From positions 1,674,001-1,738,000 of the forward strand of contig JAUPSS010000002.1 of NCBI GenBank assembly GCA_040285825.1: DNA of 64,000 nt, read 5' to 3'. Positions within the stretch are counted from its first letter, which is position 1, and the number at the start of each line of letters is the position of its first letter. Shown piece by piece: positions 61,685 through 64,000 of the stretch. This DNA is from Eukaryota sp. TZLM1-RC. Taxonomy: Eukaryota > Protista > Metamonada: BaSk clade. A program made the position numbers and the translations under genes. The notes below the pieces were generated by a model. It did not search any database and was not told the DNA's origin. It was given only the letters and a program-made list of their open reading frames with translations.

Positions 61685-62845
61685 GAAATATTTATTGAGA
61701 TAAGAAAAATCTATCTAGAATTCAATATCCTCCAAACAAGCTTCACTATTACTAAACCTACTCACAGCATTACGTTTATATTCTACACCAATAGCTAAAA
61801 GTGCCTTTGAAATCATTGTTGGAATAGACTTGAAAATGCAAAAAACAATTCTATTTAACCAGAAAGTGGAATTCATTGTTTTACTAGACCTACTTAGTAA
61901 CATTTTTTTGAAATTTTCAAAAAAGTGCAACCCTGAAGGTCCAATATTGCCAAAAAGAGAAATTGCAAACGGCACAAACTGATATTTCAGATGTTCTACT
62001 CTACCTAACTGTGCCAAAGGTTCTTCATATTTTTTTATCTTCTTTTTTTCGGCGTTAGATAACGGCGAATCAGCGGAATACACTAAACCAGCAGCAGAAT
62101 TTTTGCAAACATCAACTGAGACAACATCTACAACATTGGGAACACCATCAATCTCTGGAGCTACTAAATCTGCCCTTCTTTTACCAAAGGAATCATCAGT
62201 TTGATCTGAAGACAGATTACGTACTAATGGCTCAATAAATGCCTCTATATTGAAACTTTTGCACATGGCATATAATTGATCACGAACTGAGTCATGAACA
62301 ATTGAGCGATAAGTTATGAAATACTTACAGTTTAAAATATGGGAAAGCATAACAACACTCTTGCAGCGACAAATTAAATCATTTGGTAAAGAACAAGGCC
62401 ATAGAAAACATCTCATTCTCATTGCAGTGGTCCATTGGTGATCATTAAGTAGAAGGCCAAAATGTTGGGATTTTGGGAGATTAGGCAACTTGAGCAACTG
62501 TCTTCAAGATCAATCAAAAAGTTTGCAAAAACGGGATTTTTTTCTTTAGCCAAGCTAAGACGTACAATATAATCCAAGTTTTCTAAAACTTTCAAGATTT
62601 TTTTCTGCAATTTTGTAAAAGTCAGTGGTAAGGAGAGCAAGCTTCTTGGAGGCAGTTCCACAATATCAGAGGGGAAACATTTAGACCAAATATTGGGTGA
62701 AAGAGTTTTTATTTCCTGTTGCAAAGAAATAAGATAAGAGCTGCCACAATTTTCAATGAGATCAACTTTTTCTGGAAAGCGATTCTTAAATTCAAAAATA
62801 AAATTTTTACCACCTCCAATAAAGGCAACTTTACAAAGCTTTACT
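61685..62845 (-). mobile_element. Family C 3' fragment
   Basis: ORFs 61715-62859; ends ACLEDIEF. Confidence 0.9.
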
Positions 62846-62887
62846 TCCACACTTAACAAAATAAACTCAGAACTAATGGGAGGAAAT

Positions 62888-63150
62888 TCATTAAACCAAG
62901 ATTTCCTCTACAAAATCTTGATCTGCTTGTTGTCTAGCTAAAACTTATCTAATTCGGTGGAAAAACCGAGGCAATTTACTATTTATGGCAATTTGAATTC
63001 GCAAGCCCCATAAAAAATATCAAATTTCTTCATTGTTTTTTCTTGAACCATTTTTTGTAAATCATTCAAAAAAGTTCCTGATAATCTTCCATTTATAGAA
63101 AATGGGAAAGGAACAAAAGCAAGTGGTCTATTTCTATAGTATTAGCTTCT
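62888..63150 (-). mobile_element. Family A decayed 3' fragment
   Basis: aaccaagatttcctctacaaaatcttgatctgc and the upstream RLE tail. Confidence 0.8.
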
Positions 63151-63603
63151 TCTGATGGAGATTCAATCCGAAAACCAAAATAGTTGGAAATTTTTCTCAG
63201 AAACCGCTCAAAAAGCCCAAAATCAAATGTAATTTAACACACACTAAATTTCCCCGGTAAGCAGATGAAGTTTTACTGAATGTGCTGTTCGTACCTTTTC
63301 ATTGATAAATTGTTGAGCCAGAAACTTACTATCAGCATTTCTAATTATAGCATTCCATAATGATTTGGAAAATACCTGAAAAGGCTTCAAATACCAAGTT
63401 TGAAAATCAAACAAATCCTGAATTTCATTCATGTTCAGAATTGTTTGCCATGAAAAGGTCAAGAACCGCAGAGCTGAAATAGATAATTCAAAGATCATAC
63501 TTTTGTTGATTAATCCACAGAAACCGCCTAGTCCAAAAGATTCAGATGTTTCTGAAGCTACATGATTTGTAATTCCAAATTACATCTACATGGGTCAACC
63601 TTG

Positions 63604-63654
63604 CAAATACTTAAACTACTTAGAACTACTAGAACTACTTAGAAATACTTAGAA
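63604..63654. repeat. Short tandem repeat, ~10-nt unit (actacttaga) x5
   Basis: aaatacttaaactacttagaactactagaactacttagaaatacttagaac. Confidence 0.7.
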
Positions 63655-64000
63655 CCTGAAATTATTACAACTTGCACAGTTCCATCATTTACTCTATACT
63701 TCTGATATAATTAATTAAAAAAATCAAGACTTGCCAAATTGAAATCAAAATGCAGTGAAAAGCAATTATTAATGGATAAGATTAACCAAACTCGAACAGC
63801 CAATGGAAATGTTAAAAAAGGATGACTTCAATGTAGAATCGACTGTGCAACAATTGGTGCAAGAATCCTGGGTGACTGAAGCAATTTCTTCGTCACTTCT
63901 TAATCTAATCAAAAATTATTGTACCAAAAGATTACCTAAAGTTTTACGTACAAAAAGTGTCAATGAAAAACTTCATCAATCACCAGTAACCTTGATGTGA

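Noticed and set aside
63803-64000. Terminal 65-aa ORF
   Set aside because: Short, no recognisable motif, and at the window edge.

Overview
AT-rich, compact, intron-poor eukaryotic (protist-like) DNA, apparently standard genetic code. About 14 host genes are present (PH-domain protein, RING-kinase-TLDc, RPS15A, COG6-like, CPSF2, BRAP, DNAJC3, SLC38A9-like, vanin/biotinidase, aldo-keto reductase, phospholipase B-like and hypotheticals), plus tRNA-Pro(AGG). Three of four resolved introns are ~30 nt, and all four have a branch point fused to the 3' splice site. Intergenic space is filled with mobile DNA of two kinds. (1) At least 7 families (my labels A-G) of RT + restriction-like-endonuclease non-LTR retrotransposons of CRE/SLACS/R2 type. 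They are often nested with 10-18 bp target-site duplications, and one is a full-length 3.3 kb copy broken only at homopolymers. (2) Decayed Fanzor (eukaryotic TnpB) genes of 3 families (Fz-a/b/c) with structured non-coding 3' ends (candidate omega-RNAs). The standout signal is one Fanzor 3'-end motif that abuts the ATG of two unrelated host genes. At BRAP the 5'-truncated Fanzor is bracketed by an exact 23-bp duplication of the first 23 coding bases, resembling the scar of an RNA-guided cut and abortive homing at a start codon. All calls are by eye from motifs; degraded-element boundaries are approximate.
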